A stretch of 63,635 nucleotides of DNA, counting the filler, from Octopus bimaculoides (Eukaryota), in assembly GCF_001194135.2 (NCBI RefSeq). It is 3 parts of 2 records of this genome, joined end to end, with 100 filler letters (N's around TTAATTAATTAA, not from the genome) between each part and the next. Parts side by side here need not be neighbours in the genome. Positions count along the whole stretch, not along the records: positions 29,751 to 46,055 come from NC_068988.1; positions 46,156 to 63,635 come from NC_068981.1; 1 more part is not named here. One strand, written 5' to 3'. Within the stretch, counting starts at the first letter, position 1; each line of letters opens with the position of its first letter. The notes beneath the pieces were generated by a model. It saw only the letters and a list, made by a program, of their open reading frames with translations. It was not told the origin of the DNA and ran no database searches. Of the stretch, positions 40,216 through 52,610 are shown piece by piece. The position numbers were made by a program, and so were the translations under genes.

Positions 40216-42136
40216 NNNNNNNNNNNNNNNNNNNNNNNNNNNNNNNNNNNNNNNNNNNNNNNNNNNNNNNNNNNNNNNNNNNNNNNNNNNNNNNNNNNNN
40301 NNNNNNNNNNNNNNNNNNNNNNNNNNNNNNNNNNNNNNNNNNNNNNNNNNNNNNNNNNNNNNNNNNNNNNNNNNNNNNNNNNNNNNNNNNNNNNNNNNNN
40401 NNNNNNNNNNNNNNNNNNNNNNNNNNNNNNNNNNNNNNNNNNNNNNNNNNNNNNNNNNNNNNNNNNNNNNNNNNNNNNNNNNNNNNNNNNNNNNNNNNNN
40501 NNNNNNNNNNNNNNNNNNNNNNNNNNNNNNNNNNNNNNNNNNNNNNNNNNNNNNNNNNNNNNNNNNNNNNNNNNNNNNNNNNNNNNNNNNNNNNNNNNNN
40601 NNNNNNNNNNNNNNNNNNNNNNNNNNNNNNNNNNNNNNNNNNNNNNNNNNNNNNNNNNNNNNNNNNNNNNNNNNNNNNNNNNNNNNNNNNNNNNNNNNNN
40701 NNNNNNNNNNNNNNNNNNNNNNNNNNNNNNNNNNNNNNNNNNNNNNNNNATTACATGGACACCAGTGCTTAACTGGTAATTATTTTATCGACCACGAAAG
40801 GATGAAAAGTCAAGTCGACGTCGACGGAATTTAAACTCGGAACATAAAGACGAAGGAAGCGCCGCTATGCATTTTGACCGGCATGCTAACGATTCTGCCA
40901 GCTAACCGCCGTCTCTGCCCTTTAAATAATGAGTTCGTCTCTGATTAACGAACTTTACACTTGTCATAGGAATGCATAATGTAGCACATTGAACTGTAAA
41001 CGCATTCGTTATTAATGCTATCCAATTAAAAATGTCACCTAATTAAAAAAAAAAAAAAGGTCTCATTTGAAGGATTTGTATTCACTGTTGTTTTGGTGCG
41101 TTCTTACGTGGTTTTGTTTTTGAGTTTCATATGAAAGAAATGAGTAGGGTGGAATCGAGTACCTAATTCAGAAACAAAGCTCCATTGTTAGAATTTAGAT
41201 AACAAGAACAGCTGTGTAGGGGAGTCACATGTTGGACCTTCTGTAAAAACAGTGTTGCATATTTTCTCTTTGTATGGCTCACACACTGGATTTTTGCAAA
41301 CCCAGCTGACGCACTCGTTTTTCACCTCTCGTCATACCCTACTTAAGTTAGTCTCACTGCAAACCACCTCCTACCGCCCCTCATACTTACGTCGGATTCA
41401 TTACCCTCACTCATCCCCTCATTATCTTACTTAAGTCAACATCCCCACCCTCTTCTAACTTGCAAGATATCCGCACCCCACACTAAACAATCCTGTTTTC
41501 CTTTTGTTTCTTTTTGTTTTTCTTTCCCTGAGCGGAAACTTTCTACATTTCTCTATTCTCACACCTTTTAACTTGGACGGGATCTTAAACCGAACGTCTG
41601 TTGCAGCAATACCACTTATCTAGGATAGTATGAAAGCCATAGGCTTTTTGCCCTTGTTTTTTCTTTTGTTTTTTTTTTTTGCTAATTACTTACAAATATT
41701 TTGACGATATAATTGATAACACTCTTCTATTGGGAGTCATGTGCCTGTTGGAAAATCAATAATTGTTAACGCACGTAAGTACTCACAAGTACATTGTTCT
41801 ATTTCAATGACCCTCAAAAAAGGCATTGTCGATCCTAGCGGGATTTGAACTCAGAACACGAAAGGAATTAACTAAATACAGCCAAATATTTTTTGTCCAG
41901 CGACCGACTGATTCCAAAAGGAAACAGTCTAAACGTGAAGCAGTGCTCCAGTATGACCTTAGTCATGATGGCTAAAATAAATTAAAGAGTGTGAATGATC
42001 TTGTGAAGGGGTCATCCACTGAAGTCCTAAAACCAGCATGGTATACATATATACCAAGGAGGTCAGTTGGATATTTCTGTCTAGGTATAAATATATATAT
42101 ACTTTGATCATCTGGGTATTTTTCCCTAGGTACATA

Positions 42137-42466
42137 TCTATATATATAAAAATGAGAATGTGTGTCTGTCTGTGTGAATCCCTAAAACTCGAGAACTACG
42201 CAACCAATTTCATTCAAATTTTACACATGCCTTACTTAGGGTTCCAGTTGTGTTTTAGTCAAAAAAAATTATTAACTTCTTGCAGAGTTCGAGCACACGG
42301 CAACATAATATCTCCTCCACTATTTAAGTATTACGTGTCAAAAGTGAAACAAAAACACTCATGTCAAATACTTTCACTTTAAAAATGAAACTATTCCACT
42401 AACTGAAACAATCACATTTCGATACTGTAGTGACAGATACTTTCACAGAGAGAGAAAGAGAGAAAG

Positions 42467-42497
<31 letters not shown>

Positions 42498-43537
42498 TGT
42501 ATATGTATACATATACATGTATATGTACACCATTTCGATACTGTAATGACAGATACTTTCAGAGAGAGAGAGAGAGNNNNNNNNNNNNNNNNNNNNNNNN
42601 NNNNNNNNNNNNNNNNNNNNNNNNNNNNNNNNNNNNNNNNNNNNNNNNNNNNNNNNNNNNNNNNNNNNNNNNNNNNNNNNNNNNNNNNNNNNNNNNNNNN
42701 NNNNNNNNNNNNNNNNNNNNNNNNNNNNNNNNNNNNNNNNNNNNNNNNNNNNNNNNNNNNNNNNNNNNNNNNNNNNNNNNNNNNNNNNNNNNNNNNNNNN
42801 NNNNNNNNNNNNNNNNNNNNNNNNNNNNNNNNNNNNNNNNNNNNNNNNNNNNNNNNNNNNNNNNNNNNNNNNNNNNNNNNNNNNNNNNNNNNNNNNNNNN
42901 NNNNNNNNNNNNNNNNNNNNNNNNNNNNNNNNNNNNNNNNNNNNNNNNNNNNNNNNNNNNNNNNNNNNNNNNNNNNNNNNNNNNNNNNNNNNNNNNNNNN
43001 NNNNNNNNNNNNNNNNNNNNNNNNNNNNNNNNNNNNNNNNNNNNNNNNNNNNNNNNNNNNNNNNNNNNNNNNNNNNNNNNNNNNNNNNNNNNNNNNNNNN
43101 NNNNNNNNNNNNNNNNNNNNNNNNNNNNNNNNNNNNNNNNNNNNNNNNNNNNNNNNNNNNNNNNNNNNNNNNNNNNNNNNNNNNNNNNNNNNNNNNNNNG
43201 GAAGAGCCCTGCTTCTCACATAGACAACTGTATGTTGGCTACTCAAGAGTGGGCAGCAACAAAAAACCTATTTGTATATGCTCCACAAGGGAAAACAAGG
43301 AACATAGTTTACAATGAGGTGTTATAATCACAACAGCAAGAAAGTATGTACATGATCACCTTCTTTTACGAAACTTCATTGACTTTCATATATTTATATT
43401 GATATACATATATATACGTGTGTTTGAGTGCGTGTGTGTATATACATCTCTATATATAAAGATGATGCGTAGTCTAGACGGCGTTTTTAGATTTCATTAT
43501 TCTCTTTAACCCGGGCAACGCCGGGTATTTCTGCTAG
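42137..43537 (+). mobile_element. Non-autonomous Helitron with intact termini (A|TC ... hairpin CTAG|T), spanning a gap
   Basis: A|TCTATATATATAAAAATG at 42137. Helicase tail PCFSHRQLYVGYSRVG/LFVYAPQGKTRNIVYNEVL* ends at 43327. ACCCGG-gcaacg-CCGGGT hairpin 43509-43526, CTAG 43534-43537, then T. Confidence 0.8.
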
Positions 43538-43739
43538 TATATATATATATATGGAACAAAAACGCAATAGAGGACAATAAAACAATCCGACAGATAGACG
43601 ATACAAAGACGGACAAAAAAACAACAATTAGAAGGACAGGCAAAACAAGACGGGTCATTCGTGGCCTTCTTTCCTCAGTCAAGTACCAGAAGTCACGACC
43701 GTTACGGACAATATGTGTGTGTGTGTGTGTGTCTATGCT

Positions 43740-43899
43740 TTTTATTAAAGCTGCTTATCACAGAACTGTTACTCAGAGTTTCACGCTTCCGTTCGTCGGA
43801 CAGCTGTGATAAATAAATATTTATCACCACTGTCCGACGAATGGGAACGTGAAGCTCTGAGTAAAAGTTCTGTGATATATTTCCATCTTTAATAAAAAC
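43740..43899. repeat. ~120-160-bp imperfect palindrome (fold-back, MITE-like)
   Basis: TATCACAGAACT..TTCGTCGGACAG..TGATAAATA / TATTTATCA..CTGTCCGACGAA..AGTTCTGTGATA. Confidence 0.85.
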
Positions 43900-43969
43900 T
43901 ATATTACTTTACATTTGGTATTCAAGTACTACTTTATCCACCTTGTTTTTCATTTATGTTCTCACCTAT

Positions 43970-44045
<76 letters not shown>

Positions 44046-44106
44046 TTCGTTTTTGGATTTGGTTTGCAAGATTTTTTTATGTGATTTCGTGTGTTGAAGC
44101 ATATTG

Positions 44107-44295
44107 TGTTGTGTCTGGGGAGAGTCATTTTCTTATCGTGCCTTAAAATTTAACACACTCACCGGCAAGACTATTGAAAAGGTTGCAAGACGCAACGAAA
44201 ATTTTAGGAAAATAAAAATAATAAGTGGAAATTTTAACGGTGAGTGTGTTAAATTTTAAGGCACGATAAGAAAATGACTCTCCCCAGACACAACA
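44107..44295. mobile_element. MITE with perfect 58-bp TIRs
   Basis: 44107-44164 is the reverse complement of 44238-44295. Confidence 0.85.
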
Positions 44296-44916
44296 GTATA
44301 AATTGTCTCGCCCCACTATGACTTTCAAATGTCTTAACATCCAGCATTTTGAGGGAGTTATCTCCACCGCGCAAAACGCAGCAAACCAGTGAGCAAGCAA
44401 AATATACACTGAGTATGTCCGGTCGATAGTGTTTACAACTCTATTGCTGCTTCTAACTCTCTATTGAACTCTAGGTCAGAAACTTTCAGTGGTTGCAAGC
44501 ATATGCATGATAATAATAATTCCGCCTATTTCTGACTAACTTGTTACTTTTCCAGCCTTATTATTTAAGGTCTAAGGAGGATAGCGCTTTTACCTTTTTA
44601 CTCTTTTTATTTTTAAAATTTAAATTTTGCGTTTTCGCTTTCCATTTTTCCTTTTTCGTTTTCCGTTTTTTACTTTCTGTGTTTTGTATATGCTGCCTTC
44701 TCAGTTTTTTCCGCGTTTCTTCTCTTATTCAATTTTTCTTTTTCAGTTCGTTATAATATGTGGTTTACGCCTGAAGAATATGTTTGAGAATTCCTTAACA
44801 TATGAAACTATTAGTAGCGCTTAAATACGTGTATTATGCTTTTTAAATAAATAATATTTATCTCTCACCAGATGGAATACTTTTCTTGCTGAATTTACTA
44901 TCACGGAACAATATAT

Positions 44917-44969
<53 letters not shown>

Positions 44970-46055
44970 CAGCCAAAATCTTCATTGGACTTCCGACATC
45001 TAAAAAGAAAAGAAAAAATCTTTAATAATTGTCTTTACTTTTGACAAAAGCGCGGACATGGTTGGGTGTTAAAAAGACAGCTTCGCAGCCTGATTATTTT
45101 GGGTTCAGTCCCATTGAGTGGCATCTTGGAGAAGTGTTCTCTGCTATAGCTCCGAACTTATCAATGCCTTGTAAATTACTTTAGTAGACGGAAACTGTGT
45201 GGAATCCCTTCGTGTGTGCGCAAGCGCGCACTTTGTCATGTCTGCATCTAGCTTTCAACAGTTAACAACAGGGGCGATGGGGTTATCGCTTTATATCCCC
45301 TGCTCGGCGATAAGTGACGAACAGAATAAGCCTCAGATTAGAATAATCACTGGAGTCGATTTGATCGATTAAACCTGTCAAACAGGTGCTCCAGCATGGC
45401 CGCAACAAGTGAAGCGAATACAAGAATATAATAGTACCAGCTATTTCTATAACAGATGAATTATTTCAACCGATTTATCTGTCTTTTAAATGAATTGCTA
45501 TATAACTGTCTGCAAGGCTAGGAAAGTGTCCCCAATGGGATTGAACAATCAGGCAGCGAAACTGTTTTTTTTTTATCCACCCAACCATGTCCGTGGTTTT
45601 GACAGAAATAAAGACGATTATTAAAGATTTGTTCCTTCTTTTTTAAAAAGAAATATTGGAAGTCCGCTGACGATTATAGCAATATCGCTCACTTTTGGAG
45701 AGGTTATCTCCCTTGTTATTGCATAGACAATATGCATTTTGTGGTTATAAGGGTCTTTCCAATGGCTATGAGGGTCATACACACGCGAACGCACACATGT
45801 ATATACAGGGTGTTCGGGCAAAATTTGACTGCGTAAAAGGAGAAGAAAACACAATAACCCATTAGTCTTACTCTTTTACTCTTTTACTTGTTTCAGTGAT
45901 TTGACTGCGGCCATGCTGGAGCACCGTCTTTTTAGTCGAGCTAATCGACCCCAGGACTAATTCTTTGTAAGCCTAGTACTTATTCTATCGGTCTCTTTTT
46001 GCCGAACCGCTAAGTTACAGGGACGTAAACATACCAGCATCGGTTGGCAAGCGAT

Positions 46056-46155
46056 NNNNNNNNNNNNNNNNNNNNNNNNNNNNNNNNNNNNNNNNNNNNT
46101 TAATTAATTAANNNNNNNNNNNNNNNNNNNNNNNNNNNNNNNNNNNNNNNNNNNN
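46056..46155. other. Artificial scaffold-join spacer N44-TTAATTAATTAA-N44
   Basis: Exactly 100 bp, same design as 29651-29750. Confidence 0.9.
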
Positions 46156-47189
46156 GACCAAAGCCTTGTGAGTGGATTTGGTAGACGGAAACTGAAAGAA
46201 GCCCGTCGTATATATATGTATATATATGTGTGTGTGTGTGTGTATGTTTGTGTGTCTGTGTTTGTACCCCCCCCCCATCATCACTTTACAACCGATGCTG
46301 GTGTTTTTTCGTCCCCGTAACTTAGCGGTTCGGTAAAAGAGACCGATAGAATAAGTACTAGGCTTACAAAGAATAAGTCCCGGGGTCGATTTGCTCGACT
46401 AAAGGCGGTGCTCCAGCATGGCCGCAGTCAAATGACTGAAACAAATAAAAGAGTAAAGTGTAGTTCTTCGTATACATAAAGATGGAACGAGCACGTTTAA
46501 TGATTAGATGTATGTCTGGTCATTCAGGACTGGCCTGGGGCCACACAACATTTTGACAAGTTTCTCTTTTTCTTTTTTTCTCCGCGTTTTTCTTTTCTTT
46601 TGTAAAAAAAAAACAACTTATATTATGAAAGACTCACGACTATTGTTTAGGATTTGTATTTTAATGCGGTTTTGTATAATTCCTATATTATATCCATACA
46701 TACGTGTTACATATGTAATTTCGAACTTACTGGTGCGACTCGTAAAGCGTTCCTCGTTACCATGGAGCTTGATTGGTCGCTTATGTAATCTAACCGCAGA
46801 GACTTCAACTCACATAAAAGCAATGCACGTCCAGTGCACATAGATCCATACATCCATCCATCCACCCGTCCATCCACCCATACATTATATATATATATAT
46901 ATATGAGGGATGGAGAGAAATTGCTGCATAAACATGAAAAATATATGCACGGTAATACCTCAGTTTATAACTGGTCATTATAGCATGAAGTTTATGTGAA
47001 ATTTATGTTTTTCTGCTTTTACACACACAGACAGACACACACACACATACGCACGCACATATTTAATACATAATAATTATATTATATAATAACAACGATA
47101 TTCTGTTATAAATATACCATGAGAAAATACAATAGGTTTAAGGTAAATTAACAAACAAGTCAAAACAAACAACTGAATAATAAGTCGAT

Positions 47190-47285
47190 AAGCACTGAAA
47201 CCACAAACAGTTCCCACAATCCCCGTGTTGCTCATGGCAACCAAAAACTGATAATGTCGCTGGAAGACGAAGTATTTCAAGTCTG
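47190..47285 (+). other. HYDIN: Probable non-coding first exon of HYDIN (5' boundary approximate)
   Basis: Ends in CTG|GTAAGT (47286-47291) and overlaps the X-box. The next good acceptor is at 49843. No transcript evidence seen. Confidence 0.55.
47227..47241. promoter_or_regulatory. RFX X-box GTTGCTCATGGCAAC at the probable HYDIN promoter
   Basis: Matches GTNRCY-N(0-3)-RGYAAC. Lies in unique (non-repeat) sequence 45 nt before a strong splice donor and 2.6 kb upstream of the first coding exon of a ciliary gene. Confidence 0.75.
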
Positions 47286-48127
47286 GTAAGTTTTTCTCTT
47301 TGATTCTTTTATTTCCTCTGGAATTTTTGTTGTCAGTTTTGTTTGTTATCGTTCATGTATGTTGAAATTATTGTTTTCACATTATTTTTTAACAACTATT
47401 CTTGTTTCCAATTAATTCTGTTCAATTGTTCTTAAAAGTGGGAGGGGAGAGTTTTAGTTTTTAAAATTTCATAAATTCAACATAATTTATGAAGTTTAAA
47501 TGGAAAAAAAGTTTGGGAAATATATTTCAAAATGATGATATATGATCCAAAACAGCCATTGCGTGTGTGTACACAAACATATAGGTGTGTGTGTGTATAC
47601 ACAAACATATACGTTTATGTGTGTATATGTGTGTAGGTTTACCTTTTCAAAGTTAAAATAGAGACAACTGGGGAATGCCTGGCAAACTCTGAAGAATTGC
47701 AGCCTGTGTTTGATATTAACGTTTTGCCTGTCCTGTGTATTAGATGTGACACGACGGACATTTCCCCCTGGTATTTATGCGTCATATATAAACACACATT
47801 CCCATTTATTTTTCAACCACCAGAATTGAAATTTTTTATTGCCTTCACAGTGTTTACCGTTTTACAAAATCAAACTAGATAACTGGACAAAACAGAGAAC
47901 ACAATTCAAAAAAAGAGAAAGAAGAAAGAGAAAAAGCAAAAAGCAAAAAAATAAAATCCCAATTCACCACTTTGGGTTGTAAAGTTGGGGTCGCTGGGAA
48001 ACCTTTCTAATGACATTTGAGATATGCCAGCATGCTTGCAGTGTTGCCACGAGTGATGGCAAAGCTGATGCACTGGAACAGCCAAGCGTCCTCACGGGCC
48101 CCACCAGTTACCTCTGCAAGGCAAGTT

Positions 48128-48400
48128 GTCAGTTCAAAGCCACAGTCATGCACAACAGCCATTGAAACGAAGGACGTGTGCTAGAACATTGTCTTAATGA
48201 AACAAGACCCTTATCATAAGTTTTCTTGGACATTTGGGCTTGATGGCTTTTCATAACTACCTCAGTAAGTTGGCATAGTACTTTCTGTTGATGGTGTGGC
48301 CCTTTTGAAAATAGTCAGTAAACGCAATATCGTTTGCATCCCCCAAAACTGAGGCCATCACCTTCCCTTGGCCTTCTTTGGAGTAGGTGAGGAGAGGTGT
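48128..48400 (-). mobile_element. Mariner (DD34D-type) transposase fragment
   Basis: GKVMASVLGDANDIAFTDYFQKGHTINRKYYANLLR*L*KAIK..VLFH*DNVLAH..MAVVHDCGFEL. Confidence 0.85.
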
Positions 48401-49890
48401 TTCCACTGAATGAATATGTGGCATGTGGAAAGACATCCGAGCGAGTTCATTGCCAGTACCTCCTGACTGGCTTTCGTGCCGGTGGCACGTAAAAGCACCC
48501 ACTACACTCTTGGAGTGGTTGGCGTTAGGAAAGGCATCCAGCTGTAGAAACTCTGCCAGATCAGATTGGAGCCTGGTGTAGCCATCTGGTTCACCAGTCC
48601 TCAGTCAAATCGTCCAACCCATGCTAGCATGGAAAGCGGACGTTAAATGATGATGATGATATATATATATATATATGAATGAATAGAAAGAGAAATAAGG
48701 AAAGCTTCTAACAATGTAGCAAGTTTTAAAAAAAGCTTTATATTTTGGATACAAAGGCCTATCCCCAGAAGAATACAGTCAAAGAAATGTGTGTTTACAT
48801 AGATCCTGCCATTTTGGGCAGCTTTAGCCTTTGCTTCCGAAAGAAAAAGGTTTTTTAAACTTACTACATTTTTAGAAATTTTCCTTATTTCTCTTTTCAT
48901 TCATTTTGTACTTCTGTACTACGATGCTTCAAGTGAACTACAACGCTCTTAGATAGACATACATACACACACGAAGGGCTTCTTTCAATTTCTGTTGATC
49001 AAAGTTACTCACAAGGCTTTGATCATCCTGGGGTTATAGTAGAAGATACTCAAGTAACATAAAATGGGACGTAACCTAAAACTATGTGGTTGGGAAGTGA
49101 ACTTCTTAACCACATAGCTGTGCTTTATATGTAAGTACATGTATGTATGTGTTTGTTTAAAATCAATTTTTTTTACATTTATACAATAATTAACCCCGTA
49201 ACATCGGTTGATGTAAATTTATGTGCACTGGGGACTTGCTTTGGAACAGAAGACGCAAATCTATGCAGCCCTGTCTGCTGCGGTTTTGTACTCATTTGAG
49301 TACCAGTTGACATAAATCTATCTGCTGCGGTTTTGTACTCGTTTGTGTACCAGTTGAAATAAATATCCACCATCACTCACGGAATCGATAATAGAGGCCA
49401 CCATGCAAATTTCAAGGAATCTGATAGGTTTGTTAGATTCTTCATGTAAATATTTCCAACTCAGTTCAAGACTTCATCACCATAATAGTATAGAAGCAGC
49501 AGTTTTGGTGGTTGCACCACCATTTCCATTATGACTTCCTCCCAAATTCGTACATGTTCAGCAAATTCTTCTGGTCCTTCACGGAATTTACAGTCCCATC
49601 CAGCCATGCCAGTCTTGTTGAATTTACGGGTCTTCACAGTGATGACAGTTCACACAAGTAAACAGTTCATGCTTTAAAGCAGTTGCCATAGATATACGCG
49701 TAACCGTTGTTGTGCACTAATTGCTGATCTTGGCTGAGATGATTACCATCAGTGCAACCCGGTTGCCTGATAAAAAAAAAAAACCCTGTTGTCATGGGGT
49801 TAAAGTTGTAATTTGACTTATATTATTTTCTTGTCTCTTTCAGCTGTTTTTGATAATTTAACAGATCACGTGATTTGCCAAAAAAGGAAA

Positions 49891-49995
49891 ATGATAAGTG
49901 TTATTGAAAATGATATTTTGTGCCCTCAGTATGTCTCAAAAGCTATGGCACCAAGAAATCCTAAACTTGTCAAAGAGCCCGAAGAAGACACCCAA
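49891..49995 (+). CDS. HYDIN: HYDIN first coding exon (MISVIENDILCPQYVSKAMAPRNPKLVKEPEEDTQ); exon itself probably starts at 49844
   Basis: Polypyrimidine tract + CAG acceptor ending 49843, ATG at 49891, donor GTAAAT at 49996, phase 0 into the next exon. YVSKAMAPRNPKLV resembles human HYDIN FQSKVLPPLSPKVV (recalled). Start codon choice is inferred. Confidence 0.75.
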
Positions 49996-51148
49996 GTAAA
50001 TGATGAGTTCATATAATTGAAGTTTCACATAATTAAAATGTTCTTTCTTTCTCTGTCTGTCTCTCTCTCACTCTCATCCTTCCTCTGTACCATCAATACT
50101 ATTCTACTCCACTTCACTCCTATACATCATTGGTTACCCGCCCCATCTCCTATCCAGATGTACATACCCCTCTTCAACACTTGTTCTTCATTCATTATAT
50201 CCCACCCCCTCTCCTCGTCCCTTCACCATCTCCCACTCTCCAGTACACTCTTGCAATCCCTACCCACCCACTCTCCCAATCCTTCTCCACCCCACTTCTA
50301 CTCACCGCTTACATTGAGGACCTTTAAAATTTCATATTGATGTATGCTCCAAGCACCAACTTAATGACAAAGTTATTCTACTTCATTCTTCATTATTTTC
50401 AATATTGATTGAAACAAAAAAGCGTATTTCAACAGAAATATGGTAACAAAAGGCTTAAAGTGATCTAAATTAAAACCTGCAATCAAAACTTCATATAAAT
50501 TTATGTTCCTAACACCAGCTTATTAGTGACTAAGTTATTTTACTAAATTCTGCAGTATTTCATTAATTAATTTCATTAATTCAAACAAAGTGTATTGCTA
50601 CTGAAATTTGATCATGGCACTCTGTTGGTTACGACAACGAGGATTCCAGTTGATCCAATCAATGGAACAGCCTGCTCGTGAAATTAACGTGCAAGTGGCT
50701 GAGTACTCCTCAGACACATGTACCCTTAACATAGTTCTTGAGGAGATTCAGTGTGACACTGTGTGTGACAAGGCTGGCCCCTTTGAAATACAGGTACGAC
50801 AGAAACAGGAAAAACGAGTGAGAGAAAGTTGTGGTGAAAGTGTACAACAGGGTTCACCACTACCCCCTGCCTAGTAGAGCTTTAGGTGTTTTCGCTCAAT
50901 AAAAACTTACAACACCCAGTCTGGGAATCGAAACTGCGATCCCATAAATGCGAGTCTGTTTCCCTAACCACTGGGCCATTGCACCTCCACTGAAATATAA
51001 CAACAAAAAGGGTTAATGTATAATGAAAAGGTTAAAGGAATTTGTTCATTTGAGGTGATGAATATTTCCAAGGAATCATTCAAGTTTTGATTTTGGAGGA
51101 TTCTTTCAATTTCCTTTTTCTGATTTTTTTTCTTTTTTTTCTTTTCAG

Positions 51149-51274
51149 CTTATTCCAAGCGTCTACCTGAAGAACATCTCTATGACAACAGAAGAGAGAT
51201 TGAACAATACACATACAATGAGGATTCCAGAGAAATTGCAACTCCTCGAAATGGGAGATATAGTTCATCACAAA
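51149..51274 (+). CDS. HYDIN: HYDIN coding exon (LIPSVYLKNISMTTEERLNNTHTMRIPEKLQLLEMGDIVHHK)
   Basis: TTTTCAG acceptor, GTAATA donor, 126 nt open. Resembles human LTPSEFLKEMSLTTEQRLAKTRLMCRPQIIELLDMGETTHQK. Not in the supplied ORF track. Confidence 0.92.
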
Positions 51275-52610
51275 GTAATACATATATAAACATACATATG
51301 TATACGTATATCATCATCATCATCATCATCATTTAACGTCCACTTTCCATGCTGGCATGGGTTGGATGATTTGACTGAGGACTAGCAAGTCATGAGGCTG
51401 CACCAGGCTCCAATCTGATCTGGCAGAGTTTCTACAGCTGGATGCCCTTCCTAACGCCAACCACTGCGAGAGTGTAATGGGTGCTTTTATGTGTTACTGG
51501 CACGAGGGCCAGTCAGGCGGTACTAGCAACGGCCACGCTCAAAATGGTGTTTTTTACGTGCCACCTGCATGGGAGCNNNNNNNNNNNNNNNNNNNNNNNN
51601 NNNNNNNNNNNNNNNNNNNNNNNNNNNNNNNNNNNNNNNNNNNNNNNNNNNNNNNNNNNNNNNNNNNNNNNNNNNNNNNNNNNNNNNNNNNNNNNNNNNN
51701 NNNNNNNNNNNNNNNNNNNNNNNNNNNNNNNNNNNNNNNNNNNNNNNNNNNNNNNNNNNNNNNNNNNNNNNNNNNNNNNNNNNNNNNNNNNNNNNNNNNN
51801 NNNNNNNNNNNNNNNNNNNNNNNNNNNNNNNNNNNNNNNNNNNNNNNNNNNNNNNNNNNNNNNNNNNNNNNNNNNNNNNNNNNNNNNNNNNNNNNNNNNN
51901 NNNNNNNNNNNNNNNNNNNNNNNNNNNNNNNNNNNNNNNNNNNNNNNNNNNNNNNNNNNNNNNNNNNNNNNNNNNNNNNNNNNNNNNNNNNNNNNNNNNN
52001 NNNNNNNNNNNNNNNNNNNNNNNNNNNNNNNNNNNNNNNNNNNNNNNNNNNNNNNNNNNNNNNNNNNNNNNNNNNNNNNNNNNNNNNNNNNNNNNNNNNN
52101 NNNNNNNNNNNNNNNNNNNNNNNNNNNNNNNNNNNNNNNNNNNNNNNNNNNNNNNNNNNNNNNNNNNNNNNNNNNNNNNNNNNNNNNNNNNNNNNNNNNN
52201 NNNNNNNNNNNNNNNNNNNNNNNNNNNNNNNNNNNNNNNNNNNNNNNNNNNNNNNNNNNNNNNNNNNNNNNNNNNNNNNNNNNNNNNNNNNNNNNNNNNN
52301 NNNNNGAGTGACACATGAGGTTTTTCGAGCGAGATCGTTGCCGGTACCCCTGGACTGGCTCTTGTGCGGGTGGCACATAAAAGACACCATTTCGAGCGTG
52401 GCCGTTTTCGTGCAGGTGACACGTAAAAGCACCCACTACACTCTCTGAGTGGTTGGCGTTAGGAAGGGCATCCAGCTGTAGAAACTCTGCCAAATTAGAT
52501 TGGAGCCTGGTGTTGCCATCCGGTTTCACCAGTCCTCAGTCAAATCGTCCAACCCATGCTAGCATGGAAGGCAGACGTTAAACGATGATGATGATGATGA
52601 TGATGATATA

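Noticed and set aside
45860-46456. Inverted SINE pair as a large hairpin or composite transposon
   Set aside because: It straddles an artificial scaffold join.
49682-49697. Second X-box (GTTGCCATAGATAT)
   Set aside because: Only the left half-site matches.
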